The notes under the pieces: model-generated | Told to the model about the DNA's origin: nothing | The model's database searches: none | The model's input: only the letters and a program-made list of their open reading frames with translations | Made by a program: the position numbers and the translations under genes | Shown here: piece by piece, positions 40,448-50,584 of the stretch | Position numbering within the stretch: position 1 is the first letter of the stretch | Layout of the letters: each line of letters begins with the position of its first letter | Assembly (NCBI GenBank): GCA_965215015.1 | Contig: OZ244042.1 | Coordinates: 5,536,001-5,600,000, forward strand | DNA: 64,000 bases | Source: Candidatus Poribacteria bacterium | Lineage (GTDB): Bacteria; Poribacteria; WGA-4E; PCPOR2b | Direction: 5' to 3'

Positions 40448-41638
40448 TTACCAGCTAGCGATGAAACCTTCAACATCAAAATTGCCGGGTTCCTCTTCAA
40501 AAAAGTATCGCATCGGTCCAGACTGGAAGCCGGGAACGAAAAGCTCTTCTTCCGCTTGGAGCTTGGAATCGAGGACCTCGAACCGTTGCCAGAGGAGGTC
40601 TGCCTCCTCCTTTGAAAAACGGTCAGCGAATTGTGGGCCCCAGTTGATGCTTATCGAGTGCGGACTGGAGGCGCGTCTACGAACCTCCGGCGGCAGCTTG
40701 TCTAAGTCAGGACTTTTCAATATATGAATGTGATAGGCTGCCTTGGAGAGGTATATAGCTAGCACCATTTTACCCTTCTCGCCTGCACCGGGCTGGAGTG
40801 CTTTGACCGCTTCGCTGTATGCTTTGGCGTCCTTTTTCAGGATCGCCCCCAATGCTGCTTCCGTGAGGTCTTGCATCCGGTTGCTTGCCCGCGTCCAATC
40901 CTCAAAAGTCTGTCGTGCCATCGGGGAAAGAAACTGTGTAAAGTTTAAGTCTGGATAATACGGGAAAATCGTGTGGCCTCCGTGGATTGTTCGGCGCAGC
41001 TTGGTACTGTAGTTGCTGCCCCAATGCAGAATGTAGTTAGAATACACTACGCCATCACCACCTTTCAATTCGACAGGGATGCCGCCCGGCAAAGGAACAC
41101 GGGGATTCTTGAGTAGCTGGCGGTTTTCCTCTTCGGTGTTGAGGCGGCGGTGGCTACCGGGTACCACCCAAAGCACGTCATCGTCGTAGAGCGGAATGTT
41201 CCATTGGACATACTTGGGTCCGTTTTCTAAAAAATCCGCTTGCAGACTCGCCATAGGTGCCATATCGATGGGATGGACATCGCGATGCCAGTGGGCCGGG
41301 CCGTGATCGCGTTGTGGGCTGCACATCAACATCATCCCGGCAATTCCCGTTTGTTCGGGCACGCTCGACAGTTGACAAGCAACCCCCAAGGTATTGTCGT
41401 GCATCCATGTCTCAACAGCGTTGGCGGTTTCTTCGTCAATGAGGTTCTCGAAGTGTACCAGCCGTGGTTGTGCGCCGGTCTCCCACACACTCGGACTGCT
41501 TTCCTGTGCCCATATCTCCTTTTGACGTTCAACGAGCACTTCAAAGCTGGCACGTACATCGTCCAGTTGTTCTGAGGGAATAACCTCCCGTAGGATGATA
41601 TAACCGTCGTCTCGCAATTGTTGTGGATTGACCTTCAT
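40448..41638 (-). CDS. PhyH-family Fe(II)/2-oxoglutarate dioxygenase with C-terminal extension
   Basis: DGYIIL, WHRD, VVPGSH, ILHWG. Confidence 0.88.
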   Translation of the reverse strand: MKVNPQQLRDDGYIILREVIPSEQLDDVRASFEVLVERQKEIWAQESSPSVWETGAQPRLVHFENLIDEETANAVETWMHDNTLGVACQLSSVPEQTGIAGMMLMCSPQRDHGPAHWHRDVHPIDMAPMASLQADFLENGPKYVQWNIPLYDDDVLWVVPGSHRRLNTEEENRQLLKNPRVPLPGGIPVELKGGDGVVYSNYILHWGSNYSTKLRRTIHGGHTIFPYYPDLNFTQFLSPMARQTFEDWTRASNRMQDLTEAALGAILKKDAKAYSEAVKALQPGAGEKGKMVLAIYLSKAAYHIHILKSPDLDKLPPEVRRRASSPHSISINWGPQFADRFSKEEADLLWQRFEVLDSKLQAEEELFVPGFQSGPMRYFFEEEPGNFDVEGFIASW

Positions 41639-41812
41639 CGCTTCTCTCCTGTTAAATAGGTCTTAACGGATAATAGAGTGGTGCTGCTAAGTCCCGATAC
41701 TTCATCGGCGGCAACCAGTCCTTAGTACTGTCGAGAATTGTTTATCGGCACCCGAAGAAAAAGAACCGATTATCCGCGGGTGCTCCTATTCCGTGCACAG
41801 GGGCAGGTCTCA

Positions 41813-42715
41813 TTAAGAAACGGTGGCGTTGGTCAACCCAAGTTCAGCGATACATTTCCTCAATGCTGTTTGTTGTTCGACAGTCAGAGGAGATCCGGGG
41901 GGTCTGGGATGACCACAGTCGATCCCCAGCCGTTCACTGAGAGTTGCCTTGAGAAGGGCGTGAAACCCACCGCCACACGCAAATACTCTGTCTGCTGCCT
42001 CACAAGCCCTGTCTTGGGCAGCTTCCGCCCGCTCCAAATCTCTAGCTCGGTAGGCGTTCCAAATCTCCACCCAAAGTTCGGGAGCCATGTTTGGGGGGCC
42101 GTCTACGCAGCCTGTGGCACCGATCGTCAGAGCCGGCAGCATTAATCGACTGTTTCCGATTAAGCAGAAGAGTCCCATCTTAGCAAAAGCGCGAACATTA
42201 CCAAATGTCGCCGCAGAATGCTTCAGGCCAGCCAACTGCGGCACTCCGTCCTGAATTTTCCGCATCAAAGCAGGGGTAATTTCAACGCCAGTGGCACCGG
42301 GCAAATTGTAGACAAACAGAGGCAGATCAGCCGCAGCCCCCACGATTCGGTAGTGCTCGACAATTTCCGCGTCGTCGCGCCCATAGAAAAAGGGTGGCAC
42401 ACAGCAGATTGCCTCAACACCAGCCTTGGCAGCATGTTCTGCCATCTTGGCAGCCCGTACGGTCGTTGGTGCACCGACGTGCATGATGTTCTTTATTCTG
42501 CCGTTGGACTGGTCTGCCACAATCTCCGCGATCCGGTTGTTCTCTTCGTCGTCCAACAGAACGCTTTCTCCAGTACCTCCAGCTACCCAGAAGCCGTGGA
42601 CACCCGCTTGGATGTTAAATTCGATCACTTTGCGAAAAGCCACTTCATTTAACTTTCCTTCAGGTGTCATTGGGGTAATGATCGCAGGAAATATACCGTG
42701 AAATTCAGTTTTCAT
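41813..42715 (-). CDS. DHDPS/N-acetylneuraminate lyase family aldolase
   Basis: PAIITP, GGTGE, YNLP, GLKHS. Confidence 0.92.
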   Translation of the reverse strand: MKTEFHGIFPAIITPMTPEGKLNEVAFRKVIEFNIQAGVHGFWVAGGTGESVLLDDEENNRIAEIVADQSNGRIKNIMHVGAPTTVRAAKMAEHAAKAGVEAICCVPPFFYGRDDAEIVEHYRIVGAAADLPLFVYNLPGATGVEITPALMRKIQDGVPQLAGLKHSAATFGNVRAFAKMGLFCLIGNSRLMLPALTIGATGCVDGPPNMAPELWVEIWNAYRARDLERAEAAQDRACEAADRVFACGGGFHALLKATLSERLGIDCGHPRPPGSPLTVEQQTALRKCIAELGLTNATVS

Positions 42716-42979
42716 AGCTACTCCTCCTAAGTCATAAGTGATGATAAAATAGACTAGATTTTGCCCTGAATGGGCGTATCTCTAATTCTTTCAGACAAGT
42801 CTCATTATATTTTGTAACACGGATTTCTACGAGTCCTTTTCCGCTGACCGCCAGCGAGGTCAGGAATGGGGTATGCTGAATGCGCCATTGGTCTCGGATG
42901 GTCACCTCTCTCCACCAGATGCACCGGGTGGGGACGAGTGGGATGACGCGCTTTTCAAATCTTTAGTATCAGCGGAGTA

Positions 42980-44170
42980 TCATTGACGTGGGAAGAAGGT
43001 ATCGATTCCAGCTTCGACATCATCGATTGGATGACCGTGCTGTTGTTCATAACTAGCGTGTATGTCGCGCTCAGTTTTGGTAAGATCGGTCAACGGGAAG
43101 GTCAAGGTGGCTCGACTCTGTTTGGCAGATTCGCTCATGGCGATGTTCATTTCCTGATCTTGCCGTCCAAGCTGTGCGCCGTACTCCGGTTCGGTGTTGT
43201 GGAGGACCGCATTCGCGAGACTCAACAGTTCATCGGCGACCGGGACCTGCCCTTCGGTGAGCGCGTAGTTCCTTAGCGGGTTCTCCCATGTAATCAGTTG
43301 GTCAGGAAGTTCCAATTCGATCTTCTCAACTACCTCCGTCCCATCCACATCAACTGTCGTGCGTTTCGGTTGATAACCGATGCTTTTCGCGCCGTTCTCC
43401 AAATCTTCGGGCGGTACAACGTGGATTTTTTCGCCTACAATTGTGCCCTTGCTGCCATCAATCTGCGAGATACCGCCCTGCCCGCGTCCCAATGAGCGGG
43501 CATGAATAACATTGGAATAAACCATCAGGGCGGTTGCATTGTTGTCAAACTCTAGGAAGCCAAATGTCCAGTTATCGCTTGTGTGGTGACGTTTCATGCG
43601 ATCGATGATTGGGATGATCGGCGTGGATTGGGTAATGCCGAGTATCGATTTCGGTTCTCCATTCGCACGCAGCCGAAGCATACTCATGCCGTGATAACCG
43701 CCTTCGTAGAAGATTCGGTAAATTCGCCCCACTTCGCCTATCACACCTGAATCGATCACAGCGGATAGAAAACGTTCTCGCGGCGCACGGTAGTAATTTT
43801 CTGCCACCTCCAGCTTGACGTTGTTTTTTGTTGCCGCCGCAATCATGAGATCCGTCATCGGCAACGTCACGGCGATTGGCGTTTCGACGATGATATGTAC
43901 ACCGGCATCTGCCATAAAACAAGCGATGGCGTGGTGAGCGATTCCGGGCACAGTGATAGCCACGGCATCCAGTTTTTCATGTGTCACCAAATCTCGGACG
44001 TTGGTGTAGGGGTTCGCACCGTACTGCTTGGCGTACTGTTGAGCGGTCGCTTGATCTATGTCACAGATTGCGACGAGATTGTAAACATCTTTCAGCTTGG
44101 CAATCACAGGAAGATGTGCTTGCCCCCCGCGTCTACCTGCGCCAATCAACGCGATATTGAGTTTTAACAT
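42980..44170 (-). CDS. Gfo/Idh/MocA oxidoreductase
   Basis: IGAGRRG, VAICD, VETP, AENY. Confidence 0.9.
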   Translation of the reverse strand: MLKLNIALIGAGRRGGQAHLPVIAKLKDVYNLVAICDIDQATAQQYAKQYGANPYTNVRDLVTHEKLDAVAITVPGIAHHAIACFMADAGVHIIVETPIAVTLPMTDLMIAAATKNNVKLEVAENYYRAPRERFLSAVIDSGVIGEVGRIYRIFYEGGYHGMSMLRLRANGEPKSILGITQSTPIIPIIDRMKRHHTSDNWTFGFLEFDNNATALMVYSNVIHARSLGRGQGGISQIDGSKGTIVGEKIHVVPPEDLENGAKSIGYQPKRTTVDVDGTEVVEKIELELPDQLITWENPLRNYALTEGQVPVADELLSLANAVLHNTEPEYGAQLGRQDQEMNIAMSESAKQSRATLTFPLTDLTKTERDIHASYEQQHGHPIDDVEAGIDTFFPRQ

Positions 44171-44248
44171 TTGTGGGTTCCTTGTCGTTCCTTTGTTATC
44201 ATTGTTAATCACAACGGGAGTTAGAACCTTAAAGCAAATTGGATTCTT

Positions 44249-45064
44249 TTAATCATCAAATAGTGTTAACTGATTTGAGCCAATGACTCGCGGGATAATC
44301 CCACCTTCGTCTACTCCGCCCAGTTGGTTGATGTTTTCCTTAATGGTCGGTAAACAGTACTCTTGCATTTGCTCTCGAATTTGTACACCATTGAAGCGTA
44401 AGACCCTCCAGCCGGCTGTCTTTATGTTGTTATCACGCACATTGTCTTCAGCAGCACGCTCCGGGCTAGCGTGCCAACTATCACCATCGGTTTCTATGTC
44501 AATATTTCCCCTGGCACAATAGATTGCGAAGTCTAAGAAATAATCATGTTCCTTAGCTTTAATCAACTCTTGGCGTTCAGCTAAGAGTTGTAATCGCTTA
44601 AATTCTGCCCATAGCCGATCTTCCAAGGGACTTTCATCGTACAGGTCATTGATTTCGACAGCATTGATAAACTTATGCCAAGTGGTAGGAATGAAGATAA
44701 TTCTCCGAAAGTGCCGACTCAAGATCGGTTTGGGAAGTCGCTGCAACGGTTGCAGAAAAAGCTGGTAATAACGGTGATTACGTTTCTTATCAGGGAAGTT
44801 GTCCGGAAACAGTTCCCAACGGTAGACTTTACGGATGTCAAGCACCCGTGCGTAGTAGTTGACAGCATGGGATTCATGACCAAAAACCCGAGTCAGGTAG
44901 AATGCTAGCCACTGTGGTGGCCAACGTTTCTCTAACCGTTTATGAGCAATGCTAATGGGAATCCGATACCAGTGCTGGTCCCGAGCTATGGCAAAATCAG
45001 AGGAGTTATTAATAATTGCGACCAGTACCTCTCCACGGTTATCTGTTGATTCCCTTGAACGCAT
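44249..45064 (-). CDS. DUF559 (Vsr-like PD-(D/E)xK) endonuclease with N-terminal WYRIP domain
   Basis: ESPLEDRLW, YFLDFAI, IETDGDSWH, GWRVLRF. Confidence 0.85.
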   Translation of the reverse strand: MRSRESTDNRGEVLVAIINNSSDFAIARDQHWYRIPISIAHKRLEKRWPPQWLAFYLTRVFGHESHAVNYYARVLDIRKVYRWELFPDNFPDKKRNHRYYQLFLQPLQRLPKPILSRHFRRIIFIPTTWHKFINAVEINDLYDESPLEDRLWAEFKRLQLLAERQELIKAKEHDYFLDFAIYCARGNIDIETDGDSWHASPERAAEDNVRDNNIKTAGWRVLRFNGVQIREQMQEYCLPTIKENINQLGGVDEGGIIPRVIGSNQLTLFDD

Positions 45065-45085
45065 GTAATCTCTCGTTTGTCATGT

Positions 45086-45487
45086 TCAGAAATAGCCTCC
45101 GTTCAGTACGCTTCCTTCATCTGGATCCGTATCGGCTAGAACGCCCTCTATGTGAGACACCAGGCGAGCAAATACCTCTGGTGAAAATGGATTCTCACTG
45201 AGATATCTCGCATATCCCTCACGGATTCGTTGTCTGCCTTGATATGTTGCATAGTGACGCCTTACCTGTGAACCAACTCTTTTAGCTTTTCGCAGCAGGA
45301 GCACTTCGTCAATATCGGTTGGTACGGTACTGATAGGAGTCATGTCAAGCCATTCACAAAGAAGATAATATTTCGCCCCAGGTACTGCTGTTTTTACATC
45401 GTGTGCGGTTGCTGATGCCTCTTGAAACATTGTCTTATCGAGATTCGTTTTACACTTTTACACTAAGGGCGGTGTTGGTAATGCCAT
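45086..45487 (-). pseudogene. Internally deleted Bpu10I-family restriction endonuclease
   Basis: Reads MALPTPPLV*KCKTNLDKTMFQEASATAHDVK...LCEWLDMTP: the N-terminus joins directly to the catalytic C-terminal part. Confidence 0.75.
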
Positions 45488-46725
45488 GATTCTTTTGCCT
45501 CTGACGGTACAAATTGCGGCGAAGGTGCGATATCCTGTACGCGCGAGAGTGCATCTTCGAGATACTTACGCCTATCTGCTGGTACCGTTTGCCGCGCCAT
45601 CGAGAGCACCTCCTCCCCAATTTTCCGGGCACGACTAATGATAAGAGTGGGAACGAGGGGTGTTATGCCTCTAGGAATGAAGTGTAGTATGTCTTCTTTG
45701 ATAGTATTGCCGAATTTGTTCTGGAATTTGCGCTCTTGTTGTAGAATCGTTCGGATACCAACAACATCTTCGGCAAGTCGGCGTAAAATAGTACCGTTGA
45801 AAAAGGCGGTTCTATGAACATTTGACTCTCTACCTACAACAAAAACCACTCTTGCAGTATCGCGACAAACCCGTACCAACTCAGATAGTCATAAGCTCAT
45901 ATCAATGCAGTACTGTACAACCGTTAGAAATCGATTCTGTCGGAACTTACGGTTTGCGCCAATTTCAGACTTTGCTGATACGAGCGGCTTCCAGCCTAGC
46001 ATCTCAACCGCAGCGCGGTAATTGTGATGGTAATTAAATACGTTAATGTAAGGTGGGGAAGTAAGGACGAAATCAATAACACTATCATCTAGCGGTAGAT
46101 ATCTTGCATCTCCCAATGATACGGAAATCGTTTTTGTGGCTTGTGGCAAAGTTTCAATGAGGAAACGGAGTTCGTTCCATTTTGACCAAAAGAATTCTGT
46201 TGAAATGCTACAATCTCTCAAATCTAATTTTACGATTAAGGCTTCAACCAAAGCTTTAACATCGGGTGTTTTTAGTTGAATCAAATTAGAAATAAGCGGT
46301 GTGATAAATATGCCATTGTTAGAATTTACACCGTTTGGTTCAAAGAGCGGAAGTCCCAGAGGAATGAACTTTGATAAGTAACTATCCGTCCTTGAAATCA
46401 AAGAATTCCGTTCTCTTCTGCTGTAACTAGCAAATGTGTAAACCTTGGACAATAATTCAGCAGCAGGATTCACTTCATAACCAAATGCCTCGTGACCTAG
46501 GTGAGCAGCCTCCACTAGCACTGTGCCGCTACCAACAAAGGGGTCAAGAACTACATCATCCTTATCGGCATAGTTTTCAAGGATAGCTTGGACGAACTGG
46601 GGCGAGAACTGTCCACGCCAAGCGAGGAGATTTGATCGCTTCTTGTCATCGATATCCAGATGGGCTCGATCCAAGGGCTGATCAAACGGCACAGAACTCT
46701 TTAACTCTGATGCAAGTATAGTCAA
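45463..46725 (-). pseudogene. Alpha-class amino DNA methyltransferase with in-frame stop
   Basis: WRGQFSPQ, LDPFVGSGT, TSPPY. TGA at 45889-45891, after which the same frame continues LSELVRVC...VVGRES. Confidence 0.85.
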
Positions 46726-46816
46726 TCGTCATCTCCAATTTCTGCGTTTTCTATTCTCATTCTGCCTCAGCTAACCCATCTGAGCTATGATTTTTATCAG
46801 ATCCTAGGCTTCACAT

Positions 46817-46972
46817 TCATAACAAGCAGAAAGGCACAGTAGTTATTACCTTGTCATCTGCTGAGTTCATGGGAATATAACCTTTCACACAGAAAACTTC
46901 ATACCCTGCATCGTGAAGAGCACCAACAACAGTGTTCGAGCCACATTGGTCAGCGAAGAATCTCAATCCCAT
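46817..46972 (-). pseudogene. Truncated DUF5615 PIN-like toxin
   Basis: MGLRFFADQCGSNTVVGALHDAGYEV...SADDKVI, then premature end. Start overlaps the antitoxin stop (TAATG). Confidence 0.7.
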
Positions 46973-47196
46973 TAAGCTGCTACCTTAAATTCTGCTAACT
47001 CCCGTGCATAATCGAGACATGCTAGAATTTGTGTTTTCTGTAGCTCTAGAAACTCGGCAATAATCTGCTCTGTGGTCTGATCTGCCGCCAGCTATCCAAG
47101 GATAAGACTTACGGGGATTCTTGTGTTCTTAATACGCGGCTTGCCCCGTAGTATATCAGGCGTACTAACGATACAATCTCACCAGTTGGTTTTCGT
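46972..47196 (-). pseudogene. DUF433 antitoxin pseudogene
   Basis: KTNW*DCIVSTPDILRGKPRIKNTRIPVSLILG*LAA...ILACLDYA. Two internal stops and ACG at the start. Confidence 0.85.
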
Positions 47197-47585
47197 ATTT
47201 CCTTTAATACCTCTCCCTTTTTATCAATCTAACAAAAAAAGTTCAGTTGTCTCCTTCTCAGACGAGCACGGCGCGAGAGGACGATAAAACGTCTGCCCCA
47301 AAACCTACCGGCAAGAGGACTGACGGATTATTGTTAACGTTTTTAGGGCATCTCGTGTAACTAGCCTATACCAAGGAAAAACACTATAACCATAATAACC
47401 ACAAGCCGTTTCATCACAATTCCTCTGCAAATGTAGTCAGCAGTCCCCTATCACACCAACTAAAGAAGAAGCAGATTGGTTTTCCTATAATGCTAAAGGT
47501 TAGAAAATGGAAGAGGACTAGGAAGAAGCCAAGGAAGGACCATCCAGACGATATTTTACAGTGAGAATGGCTATACTCATGTCCG

Positions 47586-48017
47586 CTATTCAGGCATGTT
47601 AATGACCACATACTGCTGATCGACGGATACGGAGTAGGTCTCGGCGGTGTACGGTCCCTTTTGCAGCCCTGAGGTCACCGTAGCCCCGTCCTCTACCTCT
47701 ACCGGGTACTTTCTAACACGTTTCTGCGCTGGGTTCCACCACGACTGTCCTGTTTTGATATCAAACTCCCAACCGTGCCAAACACAGCGTAGGATCTCGC
47801 CTTTGCGGGTATATTTATATTCACCCGGCACATTGGACTCAAGAAGCCCTGTCAGACGTCCCTCGCATAGGGGAGCTCCCTGATGGGGACAGATGTTCCG
47901 CACAGCATAAAACTCGCCATTAATATTAAAAATGCCGAGTGACCGTCCTTCAAGTTCAATGATTTTGCGTTCACCCGGCGGGATTTCGTCTACGGTTGCA
48001 ACTACATGTTTTGCCAT
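47586..48017 (-). CDS. Rieske [2Fe-2S] ferredoxin
   Basis: CPHQG and CVWHGW. Confidence 0.93.
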   Translation of the reverse strand: MAKHVVATVDEIPPGERKIIELEGRSLGIFNINGEFYAVRNICPHQGAPLCEGRLTGLLESNVPGEYKYTRKGEILRCVWHGWEFDIKTGQSWWNPAQKRVRKYPVEVEDGATVTSGLQKGPYTAETYSVSVDQQYVVINMPE

Positions 48018-48132
48018 AGGATTCTATTGTATTGCATGGAATGTAGTAGGAGGGTTCAGGGGTTCGGGGCTCACGAAACCCCTTTGTTTTTTTCTTCATG
48101 AACCCCTGAACGGTTTGTTGATTTGCAAACTT

Positions 48133-49194
48133 CTACAATTTATACAGTTCACGCGCATTATCTGCCATAATCCGCCGCCTTGCGTCCGGTGCCAGACTCG
48201 TCGGGAAAGCGCGGTCGGGAGCATCGAAATCCCAATGCGGATAATCGGTTGCGAACATCAGTCTCTCTCGTGCGTTGAGCTGCTCTAGTAACAGGTCAAA
48301 ATACTCGCGCTTAGGAGGTTCTTCCACCGGCTGCGAACTAAGCCAAAAATGCTCCTTCATATACTCTGATGGGAGCCGTTTCAGATCCGGGACCTCCTCT
48401 TTCAATTTTTTCCAACTCTGATCGAGCCGCCACATCAACGGTGGGAACCAAGCAAAGCCCCCCTCAATCAAGACAAACTTGAGTGTGGGGAAGCGTTCAA
48501 AAACACCTTCACAAACGAGGCTAATCACCTGCGTCTGGAATGCTTGTGGCATACCGCCGTGGTCCTCGATATAGTATGAGGGCGAACCTGCGCCGGTAAT
48601 CGGACCGGCACCGACACCACCGAAGTGGATGCCGATCGGGAGATTGTAGCGCGTCGCGGCTTCGTACATTTTCCAATACTTCCGCCGTCCCAAGGGTTCG
48701 TCCGTGCGTACAATCAATAGTACCTGCACAAAGTTCGGATCTTCACCACGCCGATGGATCTCCTCCGCTGCCAATTCCCCATCTTCATAAGGAACGACAA
48801 TTGATGCCTTCAGGCGTGGTTCAGGTGTCGTCCATTCTTCGACCTGCCAATCGTTGATTGCCCGTGCGATCGCCGCAACGTACTCCAAATTGAGTCCGCT
48901 GCCGCCCATCAATGGATTCAGAATCCCGTATTCCATGTCCCAAGCGTCGAGCAATTGCTCCTGCATAAAAGCAAGGTCTGCACCCGGCGCAAGCCCGGAT
49001 GGGGGCCAGGCGTCGTGCCGAGCTGCATGGGGCATCCCCCGCGGATAGCTAGATCCGGCGTGGCCGCGCCCACCTATCATCGCCTGATGTTTGCGCCAGC
49101 GTTCAGAAAGGTAGGGGTGCAGGGATTCTGACGATGGGAGATTGTTGTGAATATCGGTGTCAATGACAGGAACTTTTTCCCGTGTACTTTTCAT
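48133..49194 (-). CDS. Amidohydrolase_2-fold protein, putative dinuclear oxygenase subunit
   Basis: IDTDIH, IHFGG, IEGG, FATDYPHWD. Confidence 0.88.
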   Translation of the reverse strand: MKSTREKVPVIDTDIHNNLPSSESLHPYLSERWRKHQAMIGGRGHAGSSYPRGMPHAARHDAWPPSGLAPGADLAFMQEQLLDAWDMEYGILNPLMGGSGLNLEYVAAIARAINDWQVEEWTTPEPRLKASIVVPYEDGELAAEEIHRRGEDPNFVQVLLIVRTDEPLGRRKYWKMYEAATRYNLPIGIHFGGVGAGPITGAGSPSYYIEDHGGMPQAFQTQVISLVCEGVFERFPTLKFVLIEGGFAWFPPLMWRLDQSWKKLKEEVPDLKRLPSEYMKEHFWLSSQPVEEPPKREYFDLLLEQLNARERLMFATDYPHWDFDAPDRAFPTSLAPDARRRIMADNARELYKL

Positions 49195-49287
49195 CTGGGT
49201 TTCCTCCTTATTTAAAGGTGAGTTTCTGGATTTTCAGACTTAAGTTGATGGATTGGAACAGGATTTACAAGGTAATCCTGATACATT

Positions 49288-50388
49288 TCACAGTTGATAA
49301 AACTCCCGCGCATTTTCCGCTAGGATTTTCTTCATTAGTGACTCTGGTAGTCCCATCGGCAAAGCCTCCTCTGGGGAATCAAATTGCCAATGTGGGTAGT
49401 CGGTTGAAAACATCAGCATGTCGTCCGAATCAAGTTGACCAATCATCCGAAGGAGCTGCTTCGGATCTGGTGGTGTGTCCATTGGCTGAAGCGTAAAACG
49501 GAGGTGTTCGCGCATATAGTCCGACGGTAGCCGTTTAATCCACGGTGTAATGTGGCGCAGGCCTCTCCATTCCTTATCGATTCGCCACATGACCGACGGT
49601 AGCCATGTAAAACCACCTTCGATTAAGGCAACTCGCAGATCTGGAAAACGATCGAATGCGCCCTCTGTAACCAAGCTGATGACTTGGGCTTGGAAAATCT
49701 GTCCGGCACCGGCGTATTCCTCTAAATAGGTCGAAAACCAACCGCTTGGACTTGGAGGGATGCCCGCAGCCCCACCGTAATGGATGCCAACGACAAGATT
49801 ATGGCGGACTGCAGCCTCGAAAATTGGGTCATAGTGTCGCTTGCCGTAGGGCATCAGGGAGCGTACTGGCAACAGAACCTGTACAAATCCGGGATGGTCG
49901 CCCATGCGTTCAATTTCTTGCGCTGCTGATAATGGGTTCTGGCTCGAAACAACTAGTGAGGCACGTAAACGCGGCTCTGGATCAAGCCAATGTTCGACCT
50001 GCCAGTCATTGGTCGCGGTAGCGAGTGCTGCTGCCAAATATTCATTATGGACGGTTTGCACCCAATACGCACAGTTCAGGATGCCGTAATCCGCCTCCCA
50101 GAAATCGAGGGTCTGCTTTCGCAGCAGCTCCAAATCTGATCCCGGCGGTCCGTCTGAAGGTTTCGTGTCTGGAAGTGCTGACGTCGGTGCGCCCCCTGGG
50201 TAGTCCCCCATTTCAGGTCCCCCGAACCCGGAGGTGCTGCAATACTCAACCCAAAAGTCCGGCAGGTATGGGTAAAGGGTTCCCAGCGACGGTACGCGAT
50301 TATGGATATCACAGTCAATCAATGGAAGGTCTGACCGAATAAAGCTCGGTTTTGTATCCCATGTCTCCACGGTTTTCTCCTTAAACAA
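49288..50388 (-). CDS. Amidohydrolase_2-fold protein, paralogous partner subunit
   Basis: IDCDIH, IHYGG, IEGG, FSTDYPHWQ. Confidence 0.88.
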   Translation of the reverse strand: MFKEKTVETWDTKPSFIRSDLPLIDCDIHNRVPSLGTLYPYLPDFWVEYCSTSGFGGPEMGDYPGGAPTSALPDTKPSDGPPGSDLELLRKQTLDFWEADYGILNCAYWVQTVHNEYLAAALATATNDWQVEHWLDPEPRLRASLVVSSQNPLSAAQEIERMGDHPGFVQVLLPVRSLMPYGKRHYDPIFEAAVRHNLVVGIHYGGAAGIPPSPSGWFSTYLEEYAGAGQIFQAQVISLVTEGAFDRFPDLRVALIEGGFTWLPSVMWRIDKEWRGLRHITPWIKRLPSDYMREHLRFTLQPMDTPPDPKQLLRMIGQLDSDDMLMFSTDYPHWQFDSPEEALPMGLPESLMKKILAENAREFYQL

Positions 50389-50405
50389 TTATAGCGTCTT
50401 TTATT

Positions 50406-50434
50406 AGGATACACGCCTAGCATCTTTTTGTCAA
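50406..50434 (-). promoter_or_regulatory. Putative sigma70 promoter of the amidohydrolase-Rieske operon
   Basis: Minus strand TTGACA-17 nt-TATCCT. Confidence 0.6.
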
Positions 50435-50528
50435 TAGGAAGTTTCGCTGCATGGGTGGTTTGAATTATTTTCTAATGGAAGCAGCCAGACTAACAACTCC
50501 CCTACACAACCACATCCGGGTATAGAAA

Positions 50529-50558
50529 TTGACAACTTTTAATCCTCTGTGTTATCAT
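50529..50558 (+). promoter_or_regulatory. Putative sigma70 promoter of the UDG gene
   Basis: TTGACA-18 nt-TATCAT with an extended TG. Confidence 0.55.
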
Positions 50559-50584
50559 TCGTCCTACATTTATTTAGAGGAGGG

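Noticed and set aside
45889-45891. In-frame TGA in the methyltransferase as a possible selenocysteine
   Set aside because: Not at a catalytic Cys position, no copy of the SECIS-like 18-mer follows, and the neighbouring genes are also decayed.
47340-47611. Small hydrophobic ORF downstream of the Rieske gene
   Set aside because: It overlaps the Rieske gene end, has no clear RBS or recognisable family, and may be a decayed fragment.
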